From Ophelia neglecta (taxonomy: Eukaryota), in contig OZ260667.1 of assembly GCA_965285935.1 (NCBI GenBank), positions 50,902,001-50,966,000 on the forward strand: a DNA stretch of 64,000 nt, written 5' to 3'. Shown here piece after piece: positions 39,201-47,964 of this stretch (the stretch's first letter is position 1; each line of letters opens with the position of its first letter). The notes beneath the pieces are model-generated. The model had not been told where the DNA came from, searched no databases, and saw nothing but the letters and a program-made list of their open reading frames with translations. The position numbers and the translations under genes were made by a program.

Positions 39201-40508
39201 ATGACGTGCCCTCGTACACAAGTATGTTTGGGGCCAATTTTGTTACATTCACAGATTCACGGGTGAATGGGTCAGAAACGACGCCGGTGATAAAAACAGT
39301 CTTTTCATTAACACAACAGCGGGTGTATGCTATTATGAAAAATACTCTACTTTAGGAAATAAATTGACTAAGCAATGAGGTGACTTTATTAATTAAAGCA
39401 ACGAAACGCCAGTGCAAAAAAATTGTATCTTGAAACAGTTATTTATAAGCCTATTGTGTTTCGAGGCTTCAATAAATATATGGGACAAAGGTGTGTTTAT
39501 TTTTATCACAACTTATAAAAAAGGACGTAAACATCTGCAGATGCTGTGCTACAAAGCGGAACGATGCCCAGGTGTATTCAAATAACCTCAATGTACAGCA
39601 GTCGCCAATGTATGTAACCATAGAATATGGAGTCAGTATAGGCCTGGATACATATACATGTACATACAAATAGACACCGGCCGTATTTACTGAAAAGATG
39701 ACCCGCGTCTACTTGTATCTTGTCTACTCGTATGGGCTTTAATTCATACATCTGCATACAGTCTTCATTATATAAAAAACCCTATGAAGGATGTCTTTGT
39801 GGTATCAGATAGTCATAACGCTGGATTTTATTATCGAAAATGTTGTACAACAGGGCTTGTGTCACAATAAAAAGTGTCCGTGCGTGCATGGAATTTCTGT
39901 CGTCTGCTTACGTACACCCACATACTTCTACGTGTATATACTTGTATATACTTAAAGGTGTTGTATACCGCATTGAGCCCTTGTAATTACCTTTCTCTGA
40001 TATCATCTGCTAATTAATCACGACTTAAAGCTACTTGAGTAATTAACGGGTAAGTTTTCCTTTTGCTGGGGAAGGCTTCTTGACAAAAGAAAATACTTTG
40101 GGCTAATCGGTAGTGTAAAAAACCTCTCCAATGAAATGTTCCTTGAGCTCTGTTTGCTATCATTGACATGACAGCATTATTGGCAAACCTGTGAATTATG
40201 ACACTGCATGGGTGTTTGTACTCAAGACACGAGAGTTAAGAAAGTTGCAATTGTACACCATTAACATTGCTAGTTATAAACTTTTTTACCAAAAGAAAAG
40301 ATTTCTTTTTCATTATAGCATTTTGGAAACTTAAGTTTTCTTTAGATCACCCCCGATTTATAACTGAGACATTTTGAATTATGTAGAAATATGTTTAACA
40401 GTGGGAACATATTTGACTTACCCATATTCCGAATGCCATGACAACTGCGAAGTAGGCCACGATGACGCCAATATCCGCACCCGTGATGCTCACCTCGTTC
40501 TTAGCCAT
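12083..40508 (-). CDS. SLC5A sodium/glucose (SGLT-type) cotransporter; 16 exons per mRNA, exon 8 chosen from three alternatives; 679/673/667 aa
   Basis: All exons have GT/AG boundaries and consistent phases. Constant CDS 613+1179 nt plus exon 8 gives 2040/2022/2004 nt. Hallmarks: [52 protein letters not shown], WYWCxDQVIVQR, [10 protein letters not shown]-terminal WICG...FVWGFFA. The specific paralogue (SLC5A1/2/9/10) cannot be assigned by eye. Confidence 0.95.
12635..12824 (-). CDS. SLC5A exon 15 ([21 protein letters not shown]...VNVEP)
   Basis: 190 nt, TTTTAG/GTACGA; cytoplasmic loop with RLT...ERVDL motif. Confidence 0.85.
13357..13452 (-). CDS. SLC5A exon 14 ([32 protein letters not shown])
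   Basis: 96 nt, TAG/GTAAGT. Confidence 0.93.
13658..13777 (-). CDS. SLC5A exon 13 ([40 protein letters not shown])
   Basis: 120 nt, CAG/GTAACA. Confidence 0.93.
13967..14129 (-). CDS. SLC5A exon 12 ([17 protein letters not shown]...[29 protein letters not shown])
   Basis: 163 nt, TAG/GTCAAT. Confidence 0.93.
14488..14638 (-). CDS. SLC5A exon 11 ([34 protein letters not shown]...)
   Basis: 151 nt, CAG/GTGGGT. Confidence 0.95.
15190..15297 (-). CDS. SLC5A exon 10 ([36 protein letters not shown])
   Basis: 108 nt, CAG/GTAAGC. Confidence 0.95.
15728..15863 (-). CDS. SLC5A exon 9 ([45 protein letters not shown])
   Basis: 136 nt, begins in phase 0, TAG/GTGACG. Confidence 0.95.
17356..17567 (-). 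CDS. SLC5A alternative exon 8c (TTMRVGGYE...[42 protein letters not shown])
   Basis: 212 nt (3n+2), TTTTAG acceptor, GTGCTC donor, open frame. Confidence 0.9.
18023..18092. repeat. 22-nt tandem repeat (TTCCTGATTTGTATTTTAGCAG) x3
   Basis: Seen directly in the intron between exons 8b and 8c. Confidence 0.85.
18599..18828 (-). CDS. SLC5A alternative exon 8b (SLIEVGNYE...[43 protein letters not shown])
   Basis: 230 nt (3n+2), AAG acceptor preceded by CTAAC branch-point-like motifs, GTAGGG donor, open frame. Confidence 0.88.
19225..19252 (-). promoter_or_regulatory. Candidate intronic splicing element: UGCAUG + 13-nt stem arm + ACUAAC
   Basis: Sense RNA reads UGCAUG-UU-UUGCUGAGGUGUU-G-ACUAAC; the 13-mer is the exact reverse complement of the sense sequence at 17742-17730. 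Confidence 0.5.
19856..20103 (-). CDS. SLC5A alternative exon 8a (SLLKVGGYQ...[43 protein letters not shown])
   Basis: 248 nt (3n+2), TAG acceptor, GTGATT donor, open frame. Confidence 0.92.
21004..21084 (-). CDS. SLC5A exon 7 ([27 protein letters not shown])
   Basis: 81 nt, CAG/GTAAGC, ends in phase 1. Confidence 0.95.
21583..21688 (-). CDS. SLC5A exon 6 ([35 protein letters not shown])
   Basis: 106 nt, CAG/GTGAGT. Confidence 0.95.
21927..22031 (-). CDS. SLC5A exon 5 ([35 protein letters not shown])
   Basis: 105 nt, TAG/GTAAGT. Confidence 0.95.
23089..23148 (-). CDS. SLC5A exon 4 ([20 protein letters not shown])
   Basis: 60 nt, CAG/GTGAGT. Confidence 0.93.
24610..24714 (-). CDS. SLC5A exon 3 ([35 protein letters not shown])
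   Basis: 105 nt, CAG/GTAAGT. Confidence 0.95.
25117..25380. repeat. Minisatellite, ~8 copies of a 29-32-nt unit (GTCGAGTAGGCCACTGA..ACAAGATAGTGGT)
   Basis: Direct tandem copies with scattered substitutions and no unique spacers. Confidence 0.9.
26485..26663. mobile_element. ~180-bp MITE (CAGTG...CACTG ends, Tc1/mariner-like), dispersed family
   Basis: Ends CAGTGTAACCTG / CAGGTTTCATTG with internal GACCACC/GGTGGTC motifs; homologous to the copies at ~41625-41802 and 52441-54556. Confidence 0.7.
27082..29233. mobile_element. Non-autonomous DNA transposon, 2152 bp, 294-bp TIRs, 6-bp TSD
   Basis: 27082-27375 and 28940-29233 are near-perfect inverted repeats starting CACTGGTAGGACACGATCTGAG. CCTTGT flanks both sides (27076-27081, 29234-29239). 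No transposase ORF. Confidence 0.95.
30433..30501 (-). CDS. SLC5A exon 2 ([23 protein letters not shown])
   Basis: 69 nt, TTTCAG acceptor, GTGAGT donor. Confidence 0.93.
31177..31247 (-). mobile_element. Extremely 5'-truncated LINE 3' end (same family as 52558-54480)
   Basis: AAATCAAAATATTTTATTGAG.AGTTGAGTCTGCTGATATACAAGCTATATACAATGCTCAT is nearly identical to 52567-52626. Confidence 0.85.
40422..40508 (-). CDS. SLC5A exon 1 ([29 protein letters not shown])
   Basis: ATG at 40508, 87 nt, donor GTAAGT; aligns with the SGLT first TM helix (DI.VIV.YF). Confidence 0.88.
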
Positions 40509-41624
40509 CTTTCTTTCCTAACAGATTTCTAATAAATATATATTTTAGTCCTGCGGCTTCTATGAAGTATGATTAACTCAAAGTTTTCCACTGGGATTGT
40601 CTTAAATCCCAAAGCTTCTGGTCTATCTAGCCAGTTGCTTCCTTAGTTGTTCTATGCTCTGCGCTTGTGAAAAGAGCACCTTTTAAGGATACTTTGCCAA
40701 TGCGCTTGTCAACCCGGACTTTTGAATCACAGTGAGTGAGTGGGTGTTGCCGTCGGCGAATCGTTGTCACCTCAGCCTCAGTCCGTCCGCCAGTCTACCT
40801 GTTGACAGTCACGCAGGCCTGACCTGTGTATAGGTATTGTCTCTTAACGCGCTAACCGCCGAATGTTACCTGACCCCAGCGATTTTCAGCCCAGGTGTAA
40901 ATGCCTTGGTAGAGGAGAAATTTGACGCTTCCGTAGCCGTCACATGTTAAGAGAGTGATCTTAAACAAACGATGGTTTACTTGTCATACTTGAATAATCC
41001 TCCGTTCAGCCAGCTTTCTATAACGCTACCTTAATGTAGGTTTATTAGAAATGGGGTCAATAACCCACAATGATATCAAATGGGTCCCTTTTTCATAACA
41101 ATGCTTTCAAAAGGGGCCCTTTTTTTAATAAATTATGATATCAAATGGGTCATCACATATGAAGACATCAAAATGGCTTATTTTCCAAAATACCCCCCCC
41201 CCCCCCCGCCGGCTACCAGGAATCGATATTTATATTAATGAGTTGCCGAATGACATGCGGAGATCGAGTCGTTGATTCGCATTGAACGAGCGATTGTATC
41301 ACCTCTTGAATAATAAGCAGTCTTCCTCTATTTGTGAGTTTTTGCCTTGGAGAGTTCAAGTGTCGTTTACTAGTTTTAACATGAATGTACTATATTAGTG
41401 TTCAGCCGCGCTCAGGTAAACTTCAAAGGCATGCCAAGCTCCTCACCTGTCTGATTCCAAGGCTTAACGCCTGCGTGAAGAGCCTAGACGAGAAACGGCG
41501 CCATCTACCGAATGGAAATAATAGAAAACACTGCGGCACCAGTAAAGGCAAAAAAGGCGGGAATTAAGGACACACACATCACATCCAGTCCCTGATAAAA
41601 GTGAACTAAGCAACTGATTGATGT

Positions 41625-41802
41625 ACCGTGAGACCTGCCATAAAGACCACCTCTATAATCAGATCGCCTGCAATTCAGACCACTAATATAAGGACCATGG
41701 TTTATACTTTCAATGTTGAATAACCTGTCAAAACAGACCACCTCTGAAATCAGATCAGTATTTTCCAGTCTCTTGGGCGGTTTTAATTCACAGGTTTCAC
41801 TG
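41625..41802. mobile_element. ~180-bp MITE, intact copy of the CAGTG...CACTG family
   Basis: Its reverse complement aligns with 52441-52557 joined to 54488-54545, and with 26485-26663. Confidence 0.75.
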
Positions 41803-44628
41803 TTTATGTCTATTAGTCAATAGTTGGGCTCGTTACATATCTACCTTGCCGCCTTAACCTAGGTTCTTAAGAATCATGAAATTTTTGCTGCCACTCTGTA
41901 TTTAGACCAGCCACGTGTTTTTTTTTAATTTGAAATGAAATTTTATTTCTATTTGTCTAATGCTTAAGGCAATAAAGATGTGGTTTTAGCGGACACACTT
42001 TGTATGACACTGAAAGGATATATGCATATCGCCTGATCACATGTCAATTTGCAGATGTAGCTAGATGTATCAATCTCCTAGTTGTCTAACTGCACCAACT
42101 CCCGCCCGGAAAGAGCTTCGACATGTGCCGCGACCCGGAGGTGTAGTGGTTTGATTGGACTTAAGCCTTGTACACTCCGGACCCTACATGAAGTTATATA
42201 CACGTGTACTATTTCGTACACGGTGCCGTATGAGAATAGCCCTGCAATGCGAGCTAATGTACACTTTATGCCATATTTTGTTATAGGTTTGTTTAAAAAG
42301 ACGACCCTGGTCACTTTTTTTTATAGTTTGGATAAAATAAAACTGTAAATTGCTACATTTTTTTAGCAGTGGCAATAAAATAAAATTGTAAATTGCTCAT
42401 GTTATTATTATTCCCTGCCTGAAAACAGATCTTACAATTTGAATTATTACTTGTCATGTTTTTCTGTTGAGTATTTGAACACTTCTGACTACCATTTTGG
42501 CAAGTTCCTTCACTTTTTAAAAATACTTTTCCCCCTTGCGATAATCTATTCAATCTTGTTTATTATTTTTTCCCTTTCTTCTTTGTCAATGATCTGTTTA
42601 AAAAATGTAAACAAACTCATAAAAAATAGATAGCCTTAATAATAGTGTGTGATGGGGGGGGGGTGCGTTGGGAGGGGGGGGGGTAGTGCCCTGACCGGCC
42701 GTGCAGGATACCCCTCCGATCCCATAGTAAGTGACCACCCTCTAACAATTTTCTGATTTACCCCACTCCCTATACCTAAATAATAAACGCTTCCTTAATT
42801 GACCTACATGCATGTTGATTGATTTGTTAACTGAAAACCCCTTGAAACATGTCTTTGTTTCATATAGGCCTATTTAATAGAGCATGGTCGTTAAAAGATA
42901 AACTAAATGGTAAGCATTGATATATTAAAATGAATTCTAGCATTGTCCTAAGTTAGCGCACACACGTGATAAATTTTTACGATAAAGGGACCAGTTATCG
43001 TTATAGATGTGGTGAAATATACAATATTGCCTATTGATTAGGTATTTGTAATAATTCAATTTAGATAGATAATAAATAATGCGCGAATAAAGGCTCTCTC
43101 AGTGGGCGAAGTAAGAAGAACATATCCAAACATATCTATTGCCATCATGCGTCCGTTGATTGTAATAAAAATATATACATAGCCTACATGGAACAATAGG
43201 ATAGATAATCATATAGATCAGAGCTACCAATGCATCTATACCTGGAGCAGTTCATGGTTATATCCTAAGGGAGTCTCCGAAATTTATGCGCAGGGGGCTG
43301 GGATGGGAGGAAATTGGAAAAATGCAAAGTACAGAATTTACAGCGCCTCCGCCCCCGAGAGTTCGAGAGTTCGGGTGTTTTGGTCGGGGCTACTAACAAG
43401 TTAGAAACAATCTAAACTAGGATTGTGTTGGCAAAAATTAAATTGTAAATCCGTTTCAGCCGAGCGCGTGTGCCAGCTAGCCATGGTAATAAACAGGTAG
43501 TGGCTCGTCAATGAAGAGGGTGAGTGATAGCGGCAATGTTGTAATGGGGGGGGGGGGGGGGGGGGGTTGTGAATTGGGCGGTCTCGGGGAACAAGGAACA
43601 GAGTGGACGTTGAAAAATTGAAACGGGGCGCACATGCAGCGCCAAAAAAGGGGCTTGCAAGTTTTGAGTAGGGTAGGCAGGCCGGTATTCATTGCTGGAG
43701 AATTGTGAGGACGGGGGGGGGGGGGGGGGGGGACGGTCAAATTCATCTCACTCCATTTCCTCATAAAATTTCGGAAAAGTTACCGTCCCCTTTTCATTAT
43801 GGAACAAAATTCATGTCCCCACACCCTCCCCCCGTCGGGACCAATGCCAAAATTCTTGGCCCCATGAAACTCTGAAACTCCTCACCCACCCCCACCAACC
43901 CCCGTCCCATAAATTATAGATGCTTCGTGAGGGAGGGTAAGCTTAGGGCCTACGGGGATTCAATTTAGGCCTACATTAGGTGGACGAAGTTAGGTGGTCC
44001 TCCCCTACGCCTATTAGGCCTATGCATACTGAAAAGACTCATTTGGGCATGAATCGCGGCGTTGTTTTTATCAACAGAGTAATTATATTGCCTCTTCTGC
44101 ATTAAAACTGGGCGGCCTGTTTATTACTGATATTGTAATGGAGTAGTTTTTGCACCATACTACTAAAGCTGAGTCATTGTGGAAAGTAGTGCTTTGTGCG
44201 CGGCTTCTTGAATCCGAGACTAAGCAACATGTAAATCGCTTCCGCGTGCTGATTTCCTGCAGAATAAGGGACCTGTAATTGTTGGGATAGAAATTTTATC
44301 AGAATTCAAGAAAGTATGAGGTCATATCCTATCAAATTGCTAATCCGGAACTTTCATGTGAATTTTGGATATATAGGCTAATTGTATTTTTCCTCACGCT
44401 AACTTTTAGTGTATCGGAACGGCCAAGTTCTAAAATTCCTTTATCAAATAAGTGGTCCCTCCCTGAAATAGTTCAACTACAACGACTACCCGTTGCAAAG
44501 AACGTTGATTTGCGCTTAAAACTTGTCTCTAAATGTCGCTTGAATATTTGCCGTGAGATATGAACTTAGTACGAACAACCTAAATAAGTGTGAACCTCAA
44601 GTTCCAGAGAAGATAATTCTTCAAGAAG

Positions 44629-47600
44629 ATGACGGTTTTCGGTCGCGTGACTGCCCATTTGGTGCCGGAAATTGTAGCACATATCCCAGGCGAAAATTGC
44701 TCGGAAAAAATTAATTTCCTGAAAGAGAATATCATAATTGAAGGTATCCAAGGTGAGAAAGAATCATGGAATCAATACCTAAGTCAGTCACATCAGTTGA
44801 CAATCGGTGTGACAGCCACGCTAGAGATAGTCAATGTTTTAGATACCGCCATTGCAGAGATGACATCTGCATTGTTAGCCATGAAGGGAGATACTGGCGG
44901 GGTCATGATAGATTCATCAGAAGTTTATCAGGAAGCGGAAACACCTGATGATGTTCCCGACGTACCAGAGAGTCAAGCTTCTACTGATCATGGTGGAACT
45001 GTTCAGTTGACTCCTGAAGGACCTGCGAGCTCTGAACTTCCAGAACCTGTTAAGGGTACTGTGCTCGGTGAGACAAGCTCCGGAAACAAGGAAAGTGGCG
45101 TGAAAACAGATATAGTAGATTCAACACAGCAGAATGATGATGATGAACGTAAAGAGGCCCCAGAGACGGATAAAACGGCTGAAACGGAGGTGTCACTTCC
45201 TCAAAACCCTGAACAAGCCGAACTTTTTGAAACACTTGCCCTGATACCCGTGAATGAACGGCCAGAGAAAGCTGGGAATATCAATACTACGGAAAGTAGT
45301 GATGAGGAGCCGATGGAAGAGGCGGCCGAGGAGGGCGAAGTTATGTATAAAATCAAACAAACCCCTCCACAAAAGTCTGTCCATGATGGGTTGATGTCAC
45401 CTTCTCGTAGATCAGCAAGGATAAAAGCAAGGATGGACAGAAAACAACTAAAGAGAAAGAAAAAGAAAATAGAGAATATTGTTGTCATAGAAATGCCTTC
45501 AAATCTGGATCAAGATGAAAATTTGCCAGGGAAGGGGATTACTAAAAATGTCCCTGAAAATTACAACACAATCATAGAAGAAAAAAGTGTGCCATTGAAA
45601 AAGGCGGTAACAGGCCACATAAGGAGGGTGAACAAAGACGAGATGGTGTTTGAGGATGATACCTACACCTGTCAGGTTTGTTTTTACTCCTCCATGAAAG
45701 AAAGATCAGTGCGCGAACATATATTAAACCAACATCGACCAAAGCAGTATGACTGCAATCTATGTGAGAAAAATTTCATAACACGTGGTGCATTAAACAA
45801 GCATTTGGTCACCCATGGAAATTTTTGTAAACTATGCAAACAAAATTTTGACTCTGAAGAATTGCTGGAAGAACACACTCCTACTTGTGAACCTGGAAAA
45901 AACAGAGAAGGATTAGACGGCTCAGGTGAAGAACAATTTACGTGTAGTTTATGTGCTAAAAGCCTATCATCTAGGGGAAAACTAAACCGGCATGTACGAG
46001 AAGTGCACTATGGAATGAATAAGAAGAAGAAAAAGAATAATACATCCACAAAACAAGATGGCGAGAAGAGTCCTGCGAAAAGATATAACTGTAGTGTTTG
46101 CAGCATGGGGTTTACCGATGCTTCAAACAGAAATAGACACATGAGAGAAACTCACCGCAACCTGAGAAACAAGCCAGGAGACAAGAACAGAGTCCACCAG
46201 TGTAATATATGTGGCCATCTGTGTAACTCGGAAGGTCAGCTGAAATCACACACCAGGATGAAACACGATCTTCAGAAGCCAGACGGCACTGCGATTGACC
46301 TGGCCGAAGTCATGATGCTAAAATGTGTACAGTGTACCTATAGTTCAAGTTCTATAAGATGTATAAATGAGCACATTGACCGAAAGCACGGAACAGAGAC
46401 CTTGAAATGCCCTGAATGCCCCAAGCAGTTTAACTCCAAGAGAGCTTTATATTGTCATAGGAGAGTCCATGAAGAGGGCGCCCCGAAATCAGATGTTGTC
46501 GAAACTCATGTCTTATGCAAGTATTGTGGAATGGCTTATATGAACACTGAACAGCTGAGAACACATATGGTTCATGATCACCTGGAGGGCGAAAAGGTAA
46601 ACAATTCTGAAGACAAGGAGGTGAAAAAAGAAATGACAGATGAAGAGAGAGCAGTTGTCAGTGCTATTAAGTTGTCGGCCATCATTATTAAAGAGGTGAG
46701 GTTGAAAAGTGTGGGAAATATTGACACCCATGCAATTATCCACGTGGGCTCCACGATTCAGTGCATGTGGTGTCTATTCATCGGAAATAGTCGAACCTCT
46801 CTGAACCAGCATGTTAAGAACAATCATACCGTGGAGGGGAGACTGCAGATGCAAAGGGAAAGACCCAGTCATCTGGGACCTGATAAAGTGACAAGGCATA
46901 CAATGACAAAGGAGAAGGTGTATTGTAGTATTTGTGGTATATCTAGTGCCAGCAAGGGTTTGCTGAGAAGGCATATGAAAGATATTCATCGAGAAGTGGT
47001 GATGAAAGAAAACGATCGCGATCCAAAGAGACCCATTGCTCTGCTGTGCATGCTCTGCTCCAAAGCCTATGGACGACGCAACCTGATTATATCACATCTC
47101 GGCCATGCCCATCCCCAGATATTCAGCGATAACATCACCAGTTCAGACATTGATGGGTACATAGTCGAGCACTTCTCTACTCCTTTCTCCTGTCTAAAAT
47201 GTAACTTTATGGGCAAAAACGAAAGAAGTCTAAATGAACATGTACAGCGGTCCCATACTGACAAAATTTTCATGTGTGAAGAATGCGGTAAGGGATTTGG
47301 TGTGAAGAAGGACTTGGTTTCACACGGCAAGGTTCATTCAAGGGCAGACTGGCCTACCTGTGAACACTGTGGTGTTCAAAAAGCCTCCGACCACACCCTT
47401 AAAAATCACATTCTCAGAGAACACTTAGGCATCAAGGTGCCTTATAAATATGAGCCCAGGAAAACCGTCTGCCCTATTTGTGGACAGAATGTGTATAGGA
47501 CCTTGTATGAGGGCCATCTCAATGCTCACTCCGGCCACCAGCCCTACAAGTGCAATCTCTGTAATAAATCCTTCTTTTGTAAGATGAAGATGAATCGTCA

Positions 47601-47964
47601 TATGAAGATACATGCAGGCACTGAGTTTCCATGTCACTTTTGCTCCAAAGTGTTCCCCACCCGCGAGCAATGGAAGCGACACATTAAACGGCATGCAAAA
47701 TCAAGGGCCACCAAAATCAAAGTAGAAAATTCTCAGGCTCAGCTCGCCACTGTGGTAACCGAGGCTGAATTGGCAACACAAGAAGTGGAACAAAGTGCAC
47801 ATAATCTGGTTGTGAGGATTAAAGAGGAGCATCAGGGGGAAGGTCTGGGAGAACATGTACTGGTCGATGCTGACGGGATGACCCTGCCGGAGAATGTGGT
47901 CATCTGTACGGCCTATGATCCTAACACACAGGAAATCGTCATCCAGTCACTTGACACCCTGTAA
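44629..47964 (+). CDS. Multi-C2H2 zinc-finger protein (~18 fingers, acidic N-terminal region, basic NLS-like tracts), 1111 aa
   Basis: 3.3-kb uninterrupted ORF. 17 CxxC...HxxxH/HxxxxH fingers and one C2HC counted by eye; near-canonical linker HSGHQPYKC; KRKKKK and KKKKK tracts. Upstream exons cannot be excluded. Confidence 0.93.
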   Translation: MTVFGRVTAHLVPEIVAHIPGENCSEKINFLKENIIIEGIQGEKESWNQYLSQSHQLTIGVTATLEIVNVLDTAIAEMTSALLAMKGDTGGVMIDSSEVYQEAETPDDVPDVPESQASTDHGGTVQLTPEGPASSELPEPVKGTVLGETSSGNKESGVKTDIVDSTQQNDDDERKEAPETDKTAETEVSLPQNPEQAELFETLALIPVNERPEKAGNINTTESSDEEPMEEAAEEGEVMYKIKQTPPQKSVHDGLMSPSRRSARIKARMDRKQLKRKKKKIENIVVIEMPSNLDQDENLPGKGITKNVPENYNTIIEEKSVPLKKAVTGHIRRVNKDEMVFEDDTYTCQVCFYSSMKERSVREHILNQHRPKQYDCNLCEKNFITRGALNKHLVTHGNFCKLCKQNFDSEELLEEHTPTCEPGKNREGLDGSGEEQFTCSLCAKSLSSRGKLNRHVREVHYGMNKKKKKNNTSTKQDGEKSPAKRYNCSVCSMGFTDASNRNRHMRETHRNLRNKPGDKNRVHQCNICGHLCNSEGQLKSHTRMKHDLQKPDGTAIDLAEVMMLKCVQCTYSSSSIRCINEHIDRKHGTETLKCPECPKQFNSKRALYCHRRVHEEGAPKSDVVETHVLCKYCGMAYMNTEQLRTHMVHDHLEGEKVNNSEDKEVKKEMTDEERAVVSAIKLSAIIIKEVRLKSVGNIDTHAIIHVGSTIQCMWCLFIGNSRTSLNQHVKNNHTVEGRLQMQRERPSHLGPDKVTRHTMTKEKVYCSICGISSASKGLLRRHMKDIHREVVMKENDRDPKRPIALLCMLCSKAYGRRNLIISHLGHAHPQIFSDNITSSDIDGYIVEHFSTPFSCLKCNFMGKNERSLNEHVQRSHTDKIFMCEECGKGFGVKKDLVSHGKVHSRADWPTCEHCGVQKASDHTLKNHILREHLGIKVPYKYEPRKTVCPICGQNVYRTLYEGHLNAHSGHQPYKCNLCNKSFFCKMKMNRHMKIHAGTEFPCHFCSKVFPTREQWKRHIKRHAKSRATKIKVENSQAQLATVVTEAELATQEVEQSAHNLVVRIKEEHQGEGLGEHVLVDADGMTLPENVVICTAYDPNTQEIVIQSLDTL

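Noticed and set aside
30502-40421. Alternative first exons or a nested gene in the 9.9-kb first SLC5A intron
   Set aside because: No convincing coding exon with splice sites was recognised; RNA-seq would be needed.
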